A stretch of 64,000 nucleotides of DNA from a virus: positions 32,001-96,000 of the IMG/VR virus record IMGVR_UViG_3300043392_000054, one strand, 5' to 3'. A program made the position numbers and the translations under genes. Under the pieces are notes generated by a model, which ran no database searches, had not been told where the DNA came from, and worked only from the letters and a program-made list of their open reading frames with translations. Of the stretch, positions 8,540 to 18,038 are shown piece by piece (within the stretch, counting starts at the first letter, position 1; every line of letters begins with the position of its first letter).

Positions 8540-9611
8540 TCAAGAGTTTAAGTATTTTACAGACTATGTTACTGATAAAGATGCTAAAATCGGTATTTCA
8601 GCTCTTGTTGGTAAATTAAGCCCTAAAATCAGTTCACACAAATCAGCATGGTGTTTTATGCTTGCAAATCAATTAAGAAATGCAGGTTTTAAATACGTTG
8701 ATGTTATTACTACAACTGAAATCGAATGGAATAATTATGATGTTATTCTAATTGACCATGGTATGGAATTTAAAGGTAACTTCAATATTTTTGGAGGAGC
8801 TAACGATGATTTGTACCATCAACTAATTCGTATTAAAAGCAATGTTAAGATGTATAGTTTACATCATGATATGCCATGTATTGGTGCTTTAATCGAACAG
8901 CGTTTAAAAACAGGCACTGACTTATTTAAAACTTTAGAGCAAGATATTGATTTAATTAAAGATATTTGTGCAAATAATATTCCTAGAATAGACCACATTG
9001 AAAAGACAGATAAACTTTGTTTTGGTGATTCTCACTCATTTGGCATGTACCAAGCAGGTTATATGTGTCAGCGTCATGATGGTTTAACAATGCATGGAGC
9101 TCTTAAAAGAGGTTTAGATTCTTATGTATATCCATGGATTAAAACATTAACGTGTTATATGGGTAATATTGATGTTAGACATCATCTTATGAGACAACCT
9201 AATCCTAAAAATGCAGTTGAAATCATGATGAAAAATTATGAACAACAACTTAAAGCGTTACAAGAAAATGGTGTTACTAATATCGAACTAGTTCATGTTT
9301 TACCTATAGAAAATGAATCAAGAGTTTTACCAAAAACAGGGTACTATAAAGATACACCTTTTTATGGAACTTGGTTAGAGCGTACACAACTATCAAAGGA
9401 AATTAATAATGCAATTGACCTAATGTGTGAAAAAAATAAATGGAAAGTGTATAAGCACCCAGACGTTTATTTTAATGATAAAGGTGAATTGACATTTGAT
9501 GTAATGGAACAGCCTAAATCAGTACACATTTCAAGAGAATTTTACAGATGGGATATGGAAGCTAATTGTCCTAATAAGAAATTAGAAAAGAAAGTTACAT
9601 CTTTGTTTTAA
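8532..9611 (+). CDS. Two-domain protein with C-terminal SGNH/GDSL-like hydrolase or acyltransferase
   Basis: CFGDSHS (block I), YMGNID (block III-like), PKSVHI (block V-like). Start moved to ATG 8532, which overlaps the upstream stop. Confidence 0.6.
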   Translation: MNNQEFKYFTDYVTDKDAKIGISALVGKLSPKISSHKSAWCFMLANQLRNAGFKYVDVITTTEIEWNNYDVILIDHGMEFKGNFNIFGGANDDLYHQLIRIKSNVKMYSLHHDMPCIGALIEQRLKTGTDLFKTLEQDIDLIKDICANNIPRIDHIEKTDKLCFGDSHSFGMYQAGYMCQRHDGLTMHGALKRGLDSYVYPWIKTLTCYMGNIDVRHHLMRQPNPKNAVEIMMKNYEQQLKALQENGVTNIELVHVLPIENESRVLPKTGYYKDTPFYGTWLERTQLSKEINNAIDLMCEKNKWKVYKHPDVYFNDKGELTFDVMEQPKSVHISREFYRWDMEANCPNKKLEKKVTSLF

Positions 9612-9616
9612 GATAA

Positions 9617-10840
9617 ATGAAAATACAAACTACAAAGTATTACGAAGAATTTTTACATTATTTTGACCTTGCAACAAGACAACAAGCTCTTTGTAATTTA
9701 GGGACTGTTGGATATATGGAAAGCAATATGGGAGATGCTCTAATGGAGAACATTGAGTTATACGATGTTGTTGAACGTAAATTTGCAGGCTTTTCTCAAA
9801 TCGTAAATGACATTTTTTATGGTTGGACTCCAGAACATCCATATTGGGAAAAAATGAATGCAGGAATTCATACCTCTCAAAGAGAAGAAGTTGCAAAAAA
9901 TTGGACTGGAAAACAACAGATTTTTGGTTTAGAAGAATGGCTTTATCTTTTTATCTTACATAGAGTAACGGGTTCGGGTATTAATTATGCAACAAAACCT
10001 TCTGGTTACCATAACACTCTCTTGTTTCATTTGCATGAATGTGATACAATAGAACAAATGTGTGAAGTTGTTAAATCTCATCAATATCCTTTTTATACTT
10101 CAGTTGGTTATCAGTTTCCAGCTTTTCCTAAACCACCAGAAAATCAAACCAATACAGAAGATTTATTTGTTGGTATGACTGGTTTTTCTAATGAAGTAAC
10201 ATACACTTATAAAAGAGGTGGAGATTATTACTTATGTGAATTTGCACCAAGATTAGCTAGAGACTTAGCAACTTATTTAAGAACTGGTGAAAAGAAACAA
10301 CTTAGAGAATTAGGTGAATGGTTATTTCAATGGAACTATGATAACGGTTTAAGAGCTTATAGGTTTCAATATGCAGCAGTTATTGCAGATATTGCAGATT
10401 GGTACCCAGAATATGTTGTTAGAGAATCTATGTTTTATTATGGTACAAATGCAGTAGAATGTATTGGTTATCTAGCAGACCCAGAAGGTGGTAAAGGTAA
10501 TAAAAAAGGTGAAGAATTTTTAGATGCAGTAATGACTAAAATCTATAATGATACGGGTTCTTTGCCATATAATGCAGAAGATGTTGCATGCGACTATATT
10601 CGTTGGATTGAAAACTACTTAAGACCAGGAAAAGATTATGACCATGTAGATATGGATAATGTTTGGAATAGTAGCTCAATAAAAGACCACCCATTTGGTA
10701 GACAAAAGGCAATGTTAGACTTAGGTATAGTTAAAACATTTAACGGTTTGACTGCTCATCCATCAGATGATAAAATTTTAGTAGAAGCTGGGTTAACAGT
10801 TGAAAAATATAAAGAGATGGTTAAAACACTATACAAATAA
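9617..10840 (+). CDS. aGPT-pyrophosphorylase / amino-acid:DNA-transferase-like protein (HhH glycosylase fold)
   Basis: LFILHRVTGSG and FQYAAVIADIADWYP...FYYGTNA match the F...D...P...GxxA signature as I recall it; sits next to a PLP enzyme and dUTPase. Confidence 0.55.
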   Translation: MKIQTTKYYEEFLHYFDLATRQQALCNLGTVGYMESNMGDALMENIELYDVVERKFAGFSQIVNDIFYGWTPEHPYWEKMNAGIHTSQREEVAKNWTGKQQIFGLEEWLYLFILHRVTGSGINYATKPSGYHNTLLFHLHECDTIEQMCEVVKSHQYPFYTSVGYQFPAFPKPPENQTNTEDLFVGMTGFSNEVTYTYKRGGDYYLCEFAPRLARDLATYLRTGEKKQLRELGEWLFQWNYDNGLRAYRFQYAAVIADIADWYPEYVVRESMFYYGTNAVECIGYLADPEGGKGNKKGEEFLDAVMTKIYNDTGSLPYNAEDVACDYIRWIENYLRPGKDYDHVDMDNVWNSSSIKDHPFGRQKAMLDLGIVKTFNGLTAHPSDDKILVEAGLTVEKYKEMVKTLYK

Positions 10841-11892
10841 TGAATACATTGTTAGAAGATAATTTTATAAGACCAGATGCTTGCGAATTACCAAAGGCAA
10901 AAAAGAAGTATCAACAAGTCGAATCTTTATTTGAAGATGAAGGAGTTCATTATACCAATATTGAATATCCAAATACTTCTGAGGTTAAAATGAAAAATGG
11001 TAAACCCATTGAATCTTGGATGAAAGATTGGACTCAAGAAGAACGCTTTGATAAATTCTTTGAGTTTTGCGAAGCTTTTGATAAAAGACAAGACAAATTA
11101 TTAGCTGAAGATTATCAAATATTTTCACATAGATTACATTGGCATGAACATCCTTTTTGTGATTTAATGCAAAATGTGACAGACCCAATGAAACGACTTT
11201 GGTATACTCTAGTATTTTCATTTACTAATGAGCATTGGGGAACTTTAACAATGTTAATTAATGAAGGTGAAGAAGCTCTCAGAAAGCATTTTAAAGATAA
11301 CCGTCACGCTCGCAATGACTTGTTTCAGATATACTATCCTAAAGGCACAGATGTTAAGGAGTGGCTTTTATGGGGTCCCAAGAAAGCAGCTGAAAAAATG
11401 CATCATGTTTTAGAGAATTTAGACCGTCCATATACAATGATGGAATTTGCTAAAATCATGGAGAAGTATTTTAAAGAAGACCAAGATTTTAGAAGTCCTT
11501 TATACCCATGTAAAAATGCAGCTAGATATTTAGCTATGGCATACCCACATTTAATAAATCCAGAAACACCTTTATATGGTGGAACAGGACACTTTGACGG
11601 TATGCAACAAATTTTTAGTGGCTCTAATGTTAATGGTAAAGTTAAATACACTATTGGTAAAAATGGTGAATTTATCGCTGAGAATAAATATGCTGAGTTA
11701 TGGTTAGAACAAATGGAAACTTTAGTTAATCATCCTAAGAATCCAATGACTAGTCAAAAATGGTTAAATGTAGAAGATAAAACATGTTTCTTTTATAAGC
11801 ATATAGCTATTTCACATGGTGTTAAATCACCAACCAAAAGAATACCATATACCTGGATATTTCCAGAATCGTTTTCACTTAAAAAAGATTAA
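10840..11892 (+). CDS. Second aGPT-pyrophosphorylase / amino-acid:DNA-transferase-like paralog
   Basis: DKLLAEDYQIFSHR N-terminal block; ARYLAMAYPHLINPETPLYGGTG HhH-like block. Confidence 0.5.
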   Translation: MNTLLEDNFIRPDACELPKAKKKYQQVESLFEDEGVHYTNIEYPNTSEVKMKNGKPIESWMKDWTQEERFDKFFEFCEAFDKRQDKLLAEDYQIFSHRLHWHEHPFCDLMQNVTDPMKRLWYTLVFSFTNEHWGTLTMLINEGEEALRKHFKDNRHARNDLFQIYYPKGTDVKEWLLWGPKKAAEKMHHVLENLDRPYTMMEFAKIMEKYFKEDQDFRSPLYPCKNAARYLAMAYPHLINPETPLYGGTGHFDGMQQIFSGSNVNGKVKYTIGKNGEFIAENKYAELWLEQMETLVNHPKNPMTSQKWLNVEDKTCFFYKHIAISHGVKSPTKRIPYTWIFPESFSLKKD

Positions 11893-12777
11893 ATGTCACA
11901 TAATAATCACACAAAAAGCAGTTATAATCAAGACCTTAATTTAGCTTATCCTAATAGAGATTCTTGGTTAGAATTAGCTGGAGATTGGAAAGACCCATTT
12001 CCTGCACCTATTATTAAAGAACATGATGGATTTAATGTAGTTAGAGAAGATTTAATGGGCTTTGGTTCTAAATGTCGTTTTGGCGATATTTTAGTTTCAA
12101 CTTGTCAATCAGATACATTAGTCTATGTGCAACCTAGATATGGTTTTGCTGGAATTTCATTGGCTTATTTAGCTAAAAAATACAATAAGAAATTAGTTCT
12201 TTTTAGTCCAAGCCAAAAAGAAATTTCAGACCATCAAGCTATTTGTATTGAAAGAGGAGCAGATATGAGATTTCGTAGAATTGCTGCTATGCCAAATCTT
12301 AATAAGATTGCTGCAGATTGGGCAAGAGAAAATAATGCGTTCTTTATTCCATTAGGGTTAAGACACGAATTAGTTACAGCAGCTGCAGTAAAAGTTGCGT
12401 ATGACTTAGCACAAGAACATGGAGAACCTAAAGAAGTTTGGCATGCTATTTCAACAGGAGTTTTAGGTAGAGCTTTACAAATTGCATGGCCTAATGCAGA
12501 ATTTAATGGAGTAGCAGTCGCTAGAAACATTAAAGATGGTGAAAGAGGTAGAGCAACTATTTGGTCACATCCAAAAGAATTTAGTCAAAACGTATCAGAT
12601 GAGTTTATACCTCCATTTCCAAGTGCATTAAATTATGACGCTAAAGCTTGGGAATTTATGGTCAAGCATGGTAGAGAAGGAGCTTGGTTTTGGAATGTAG
12701 GAGGAAATCCTAAACCAGAAAGTGAAGAGACTAAACTACTTACAAATTCTCAAAGAGAATGGGGCGAAATAAGATAA
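11893..12777 (+). CDS. PLP-dependent fold-type II enzyme (hypermodification decarboxylase-like)
   Basis: VVREDLMGFGSKCRFG (PLP lysine), GFAGISLAYLA, AISTGVLG phosphate loop. Confidence 0.75.
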   Translation: MSHNNHTKSSYNQDLNLAYPNRDSWLELAGDWKDPFPAPIIKEHDGFNVVREDLMGFGSKCRFGDILVSTCQSDTLVYVQPRYGFAGISLAYLAKKYNKKLVLFSPSQKEISDHQAICIERGADMRFRRIAAMPNLNKIAADWARENNAFFIPLGLRHELVTAAAVKVAYDLAQEHGEPKEVWHAISTGVLGRALQIAWPNAEFNGVAVARNIKDGERGRATIWSHPKEFSQNVSDEFIPPFPSALNYDAKAWEFMVKHGREGAWFWNVGGNPKPESEETKLLTNSQREWGEIR

Positions 12778-12795
12778 TTCTTTTCTTAATATACA

Positions 12796-12823
12796 GAAAC
12801 AATCAATCAAATTAGCATATAAC
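12796..12823 (+). promoter_or_regulatory. Putative middle promoter (dUTPase/polymerase)
   Basis: GAAAC-N17-TATAAC. Confidence 0.6.
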
Positions 12824-12838
12824 TTTTAAAATAAAATT

Positions 12839-13306
12839 ATGGCAAATATAGACAATGAATGCAAAGACTTAGAAGTTAATGACTTCTATGACCAGTCGGC
12901 AACACACTTAGCAGATATTATGGAGCATCAAAAAGAGATGCAAGAGAAAACTTATGGTATTAAGTTTGAAGATATGACTATTCGCGAAGTAATGAATTTT
13001 TGGCATGTAAATACACATGCTGTAATTGATGAGATTCATGAAATGACAGATGCTTTAGGCGGTATTAAAGATGGTGATGGTAATGCTGTTTGGAAATATT
13101 GGAAAAAAGCTCATACTAAATATGAGACTATGAAAATTTCAGACCTTTCAGAAGGAGATAAGAAAGAACTCTATATGGAATGGGTTGACATCTTACATTT
13201 CTTTATTAATTATGCAGCTTCAATTGGCTTAGACGCCAAAACAGCTTATAATTATTATTTTACAAAAGCAGCAGAGAATAAAGCGCGTCAGGCCAGAGGT
13301 TATTAA
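12839..13306 (+). CDS. Dimeric all-alpha (MazG-like) dUTPase-family pyrophosphatase
   Basis: DEIHEMTDAL and MEWVDILHF acidic ExxE/ExxD motifs. Confidence 0.75.
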   Translation: MANIDNECKDLEVNDFYDQSATHLADIMEHQKEMQEKTYGIKFEDMTIREVMNFWHVNTHAVIDEIHEMTDALGGIKDGDGNAVWKYWKKAHTKYETMKISDLSEGDKKELYMEWVDILHFFINYAASIGLDAKTAYNYYFTKAAENKARQARGY

Positions 13307-13323
13307 TATTAAATAAATACAAA

Positions 13324-14745
13324 ATGCTATTAGACATTGAACAGAAAGAAAAAGAAGTTATCGTATCATATTATAATAAAGAGGGAGAAGTAGCATTTAA
13401 GCGTTATCCAATTGCGCAATTTAAAAATTGGCATGTATGCAATGCATCTGATAAAGATGCAAATCAAAAATTCAAAAACTGGGATGGTAGAGGAGTTAAG
13501 CTATTACCTGGCAAACAATTTAATAAGTTTTCATTAGTGTATTTCATGGATAATTTACCTGAAAAGGATAAAGAAGAAATCTATGAGTTTAATATGCCGA
13601 AAACTTATTTTATAGATATTGAAACCGAAATCGTAGACGGTTTCCCTAAAGCTGAAGATGCTAAGTCTAGAATTTTAGCATTTTCAATTATTACCCCTAA
13701 TAAAAAAGCAATCGTACTAGGATTAGAAGACTTAGCGTCTGATAAGATTAAAAAAATTGAAGACGATACCAATGAGTACTTTAAGCAATTTGGGGATGAA
13801 TGGACTTTTCAATATATGAAGTTTAAAACAGAATATGATATGTTATATACATTTCTGTTTAAATTAATGCCTAAGTTTCCAATGATGACAGGTTGGAACT
13901 TTATTAATTATGACTGGAAATATATCGTAAATCGTTGCAAGCGTTTACAGATTGATTTAACTGATGCAGCAGTTACAAAATCTCTAGATAAAGAGGATTC
14001 AAGACCACTTCACATGGGTATTCTTGACTACATGCAATTATATGATAAATATGACCGTTCGGTTAAAGTTAAAGAATCTAACACCTTAGATTTTGTTTCT
14101 AGTCAAATCTTAAATATGAACAAAATCAAATATACTGGTTCATTACAAGATTTATATCGAGATAATTTTACAAAATATATTTACTATAACGTTGTCGATT
14201 CAGTTTTGGTTTATTATATTGACCAAAAAATTAAATCAATGGAGGTATTAATTACCTTAGCTACTATAGCAAAAATGCCTTTATATAAAGCAGCATCTCC
14301 AGTAGCTTCAACAGAAGCCCTAATCGCTAGAAAATTAGTAGATGACGGTAAACGTATTGGTACTGAAGCTAGAGAAGATAATAAAAAAGATTCTAAATAT
14401 GCTGGAGCATTTGTTAAGGAACCTATTGTTGGTTTCTATGAAGGAGTTTCAGCGTTTGACTTTGCATCCCTATACCCATCGATTATGCGACAATTTAATA
14501 TTTCGCCAGATGCATTTATAGAAAAAGTTCAACCTTCTCAAATTGAAGAAAAAAGAAAAGATAAAAATATTATTGTTTGTGAAAATGGAGTAGTTTATAA
14601 TAAAGAAGACTCAATCTTAAAAAAAATATTATCAGATTTATATGGTCAAAGAAAGCATTATAAGAAGCTCTCGTATGAATTTTATACTAAAGCCGAAGAT
14701 TTAAAAAAGAAAATTTTATTAGCTGAAAAACAGATTAATAATTAA
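13324..14745 (+). CDS. Family B DNA polymerase, N-terminal subunit (gp43A-like: exonuclease plus motif A)
   Basis: FIDIET (ExoI), GWNFINYD (ExoII), YNVVD (ExoIII), SAFDFASLYPSIM (motif A); stops in the fingers helix. Confidence 0.9.
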   Translation: MLLDIEQKEKEVIVSYYNKEGEVAFKRYPIAQFKNWHVCNASDKDANQKFKNWDGRGVKLLPGKQFNKFSLVYFMDNLPEKDKEEIYEFNMPKTYFIDIETEIVDGFPKAEDAKSRILAFSIITPNKKAIVLGLEDLASDKIKKIEDDTNEYFKQFGDEWTFQYMKFKTEYDMLYTFLFKLMPKFPMMTGWNFINYDWKYIVNRCKRLQIDLTDAAVTKSLDKEDSRPLHMGILDYMQLYDKYDRSVKVKESNTLDFVSSQILNMNKIKYTGSLQDLYRDNFTKYIYYNVVDSVLVYYIDQKIKSMEVLITLATIAKMPLYKAASPVASTEALIARKLVDDGKRIGTEAREDNKKDSKYAGAFVKEPIVGFYEGVSAFDFASLYPSIMRQFNISPDAFIEKVQPSQIEEKRKDKNIIVCENGVVYNKEDSILKKILSDLYGQRKHYKKLSYEFYTKAEDLKKKILLAEKQINN

Positions 14746-14801
14746 GAGTAAAATATATAAAAAACAAATAGCAAAGACTTTCAAATCATAAAAATCAAAA
14801 C

Positions 14802-15782
14802 ATGAATAACAATATTTTTTTAAAACGAGTAAATATTTTACCTTATGAATATCCATCTCTTTTAGATTACAAGGACGCGATTAGACATTCTTACTGGATT
14901 CACACGGAGTTTAACTTTACAACTGATATTGATGATTTTAAGACAAAGGTATCTGATACAGAACGCGAAGTAATTAAGCGTGCAATGCTTGCAATTGCTC
15001 AAATTGAGGTTAACGTTAAGACTTTCTGGGCAGACCTTTACAAAAGAATGCCAATTACTGAAATTGGTGATGTAGGTATGACATTTGCTGAGTCTGAGGT
15101 AAGACATAAAGATGCTTATGCTCAACTATTAAGAATTTTAGGTTTAGAAGAAGAGTTTCAAGGTGTTGTAGAAATTCCAGCCATTAAAGATAGAATTGCA
15201 TATTTGTCAAAATACTTAGATGGTTCTCGCAGCAAAGATAATAAGATGTATACTAAATCAGTTCTCCTATTCTCTTTATTCATTGAGCACGTAAGTTTAT
15301 TCAGTCAATTTTTAATCATGATGAGCTTTAATAAAGAGAAGAATCTTTTTAAGGGTATTTCTAATGTTGTTGAAGCTACATCAAAAGAGGAAGAGATTCA
15401 TGGTAATTTTGGCTCAGAGCTTATTAATATTATTAAAAGAGAAAATCCAGAGTGGTTTGATGCAGAATTTGAGGCACTAATTGATTCAGCTTGTAAAAAA
15501 GCTTATGCTGCTGAAGTTAAAATTTTAGATTGGATTTTTGAAAAAGGAGAACTTTCATTCTTATCAAAAGATACAATCAAACAATTTATTCAAAACAGAT
15601 TTAATAATTCATTACAAAGAATCGGTATGAATCCTGTATTTGAAGTAGATTTCCAAGAACTTGAAAAAACATTATGGTTCGATGTTGAAATTCTTTCAAC
15701 AAAAGAAGGTGATTTCTTTTATAAAAAATCAGTAGATTATAATAAGAAGAGCAAAAGTATTACCGAAGACGATTTATTTTAA
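14802..15782 (+). CDS. nrdB: Class I ribonucleotide reductase beta subunit
   Basis: ESEVRHKDAY, EHVSLFSQF, EEEIHG metal-ligand motifs. Confidence 0.92.
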   Translation: MNNNIFLKRVNILPYEYPSLLDYKDAIRHSYWIHTEFNFTTDIDDFKTKVSDTEREVIKRAMLAIAQIEVNVKTFWADLYKRMPITEIGDVGMTFAESEVRHKDAYAQLLRILGLEEEFQGVVEIPAIKDRIAYLSKYLDGSRSKDNKMYTKSVLLFSLFIEHVSLFSQFLIMMSFNKEKNLFKGISNVVEATSKEEEIHGNFGSELINIIKRENPEWFDAEFEALIDSACKKAYAAEVKILDWIFEKGELSFLSKDTIKQFIQNRFNNSLQRIGMNPVFEVDFQELEKTLWFDVEILSTKEGDFFYKKSVDYNKKSKSITEDDLF

Positions 15783-15803
15783 TTTAAAAACAAAACACAC
15801 TAA

Positions 15804-17429
15804 ATGGAATACAAGAAGTATTATTGGTTGAATGAGGATAGCAGAACATTCCTATCTAGAGGGTATATTAGCGAAACGCCCGAACAAAGAATTAAAGATA
15901 TTGCTAATCGAGCAGAGAAATATCTAAAGGTCGAAGGTTTTGCAAAAAAGTTTGAAGATTATATGGCTAGAGGATTTTACAGTCTTTCAACGCCAGTTTG
16001 GATTAATTTTGGTAAAGATAAAGGTCTTCCAATTAGTTGTTATGGTTCTAATGTTGATGATACATTAGATAGTATCTTAAACGGTTCTAGAGAAATTGGA
16101 ATGATGTCAAAGTATGGCGGTGGAACTTCAATTTTCTTAGGAAACATTAGAGCAAGAGGTTCTAAAATTTCAACAGGTGGAACAGCGGATGGTCCTGTTC
16201 ACTACGCAAGAATGTATGACACAACGGTTGACGTTTGTAAACAATCAGAAGCAAGAAGAGGTGCATGTGCAGCATGGTTACCAGTAGAACACAGCGACAT
16301 CTTAGAATTTTTAGATATTGGTTCAGATGGAAACCCTATTCAAAACTTACAATATGGTGTTACAGTGACTGACCAATGGTTAGAAGAAATGAAAGCTGGC
16401 GATGCAGATAAGCGTAAGATTTGGGCTAAGATTATTCAAAGACGTAATGAGTTTGGTTTTCCATACATTATGTTTAAAGACAACTCAAATAATAATTCTC
16501 CTTATAAAGAATTAGGTCTTGAAATTACAGCATCTAACCTGTGCTCAGAGATTCAATTACCAACAGATTCATTCAATTCATTTGTTTGCTGCTTAGGTTC
16601 TATCAATCTTTTACACTGGGACGAATTAAAAGATACTGACGCTATTGAAATCTATACAATGTTCCTTAATGCAGTAATGGACGAGTTCGTTAAGAAATCA
16701 TACAATATGCCAGGCATGTCAAGAGCTCATAGATTTGCAGAGCAACATAGAGCATTAGGAGTTGGAGTTTTAGGATACCATTCATTATTCCAATCTAAAT
16801 TAATTGAATTCGATTCATTAGAGGCAAAACAATTAAATTATCAAATCTTTAAAATGCTTAAAGAAAAAACTGAAGCTGCTTCTAAATATTTACACGATGA
16901 GAAGGGTTATCGTTCTTTAAGAGAAGGATTTGCAAATACAACTTTAGTTGCTATTGCTCCAACAAAATCAAGTTCATTTATTCATGGTCAAGTTTCAATG
17001 GGAATTGAACCAATTAAGTCTAATTATTTCGTAAAAGACTTAGCAAAATCTAAGACTATTTATAAGAATCCTTTCTTAATTCAAGAGTTAGAGAAATACG
17101 GTTTAAATACGCCTGAAACATGGGAAAGTATTTTAAAAAGAGATGGTTCAGTTCAACACTTAGATTTTCCAACTAAAGGAGTATTTAAATCATTTATTGA
17201 AATCTCACCAAGTGAAATCGTTTTACAAGCTGGTCAAAGACAACAATTTATTGACCAATCACAATCTTTAAATTTAATGATTCACCCAAGTGTACCAGCT
17301 AAAGATATTAATCAACTATATCTAAAAGCACATGAATTAGGAGTTAAAACTTTATATTATCAATTTAGCCAAAGTTCAGCACAATCATTCGCAAGAGATA
17401 TTCTTGAATGTGCAAGCTGCGAGGCATAA
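15804..17429 (+). CDS. nrdA: Class I ribonucleotide reductase alpha subunit (short, no ATP cone)
   Basis: PISCY, SNLCSEI, CCLGSINL, AIAPTKSSS and C-terminal CASCEA. Confidence 0.93.
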   Translation: MEYKKYYWLNEDSRTFLSRGYISETPEQRIKDIANRAEKYLKVEGFAKKFEDYMARGFYSLSTPVWINFGKDKGLPISCYGSNVDDTLDSILNGSREIGMMSKYGGGTSIFLGNIRARGSKISTGGTADGPVHYARMYDTTVDVCKQSEARRGACAAWLPVEHSDILEFLDIGSDGNPIQNLQYGVTVTDQWLEEMKAGDADKRKIWAKIIQRRNEFGFPYIMFKDNSNNNSPYKELGLEITASNLCSEIQLPTDSFNSFVCCLGSINLLHWDELKDTDAIEIYTMFLNAVMDEFVKKSYNMPGMSRAHRFAEQHRALGVGVLGYHSLFQSKLIEFDSLEAKQLNYQIFKMLKEKTEAASKYLHDEKGYRSLREGFANTTLVAIAPTKSSSFIHGQVSMGIEPIKSNYFVKDLAKSKTIYKNPFLIQELEKYGLNTPETWESILKRDGSVQHLDFPTKGVFKSFIEISPSEIVLQAGQRQQFIDQSQSLNLMIHPSVPAKDINQLYLKAHELGVKTLYYQFSQSSAQSFARDILECASCEA

Positions 17430-17485
17430 AAGATCCGGTGGCTTGAAACATAGCCACATTTTAGGACCGTTTTAGTTAACGGGTT

Positions 17486-17524
17486 GGGCAGGAAACAAGT
17501 TCGCTACTATTCCTGCCCTTTTTA
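17486..17524 (+). terminator. Intrinsic terminator after nrdA
   Basis: GGGCAGGAA...TTCCTGCCC followed by a T run. Confidence 0.7.
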
Positions 17525-17617
17525 TGTTTTAAGGAGATATATAATAAAATAATCTTAAACATATTTTTTTATTTCACGTAAATTAATTATATTTGTATAT
17601 CAAAAAACAACAAAATT

Positions 17618-17950
17618 ATGAAACACATTAAATTATTCGAACAGTTCGTAAACGAAGCTGTTAAATTTATCGATTTTAAATTTAACTCGCATAAAGACCA
17701 TAATCCATCATGTGATATTTTACAAGGTCACTTAGATGCAGATACTTTTATTACATACGGAATTTATATTAAAGATTATGGCGCAAGAAAAACCGGAGAT
17801 GAATTTATGGAATACTACACAGGTGAAAACTATAATGTAGGTTCATCTAAAAAATCAAATTCTAGAGTGTATACTGTGGATAAAATTCCAGCAAAATATA
17901 AGGCTGCTTGGGAAGAGTTAAAGTCAAAATACGAAGCTGAATATAAATAA
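17618..17950 (+). CDS. Small protein with a capsid-targeting-like N-terminus
   Basis: MKHIKLFEQFVNEA; GATATATA at 17536 and TATATTTG at 17588 lie upstream. Confidence 0.55.
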   Translation: MKHIKLFEQFVNEAVKFIDFKFNSHKDHNPSCDILQGHLDADTFITYGIYIKDYGARKTGDEFMEYYTGENYNVGSSKKSNSRVYTVDKIPAKYKAAWEELKSKYEAEYK

Positions 17951-17993
17951 CCTCTCCTCAGGATAGAATCGGAGGACCACTCTTAATGAGTTC

Positions 17994-18020
17994 AGCCCGT
18001 CAGCAATGTCGGGCTTTTTT
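17994..18020 (+). terminator. Intrinsic terminator
   Basis: AGCCCG...CGGGCT followed by a T run. Confidence 0.75.
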
Positions 18021-18038
18021 AATATAAACATTTCATAT

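Noticed and set aside
8240-13306. Z-genome (2-aminoadenine) or 7-deazaguanine pathway
   Set aside because: No PurZ/adenylosuccinate-synthetase, DatZ HD domain, QueC/D/E, FolE or DpdA motifs in the window; the PLP plus aGPT-Pplase-like set fits pyrimidine modification better.
17495-17512. tRNA-like T-loop (GTTCGCTAC) in the post-nrdA hairpin
   Set aside because: Lacks the A58 equivalent, and no D or anticodon arms fit a cloverleaf.
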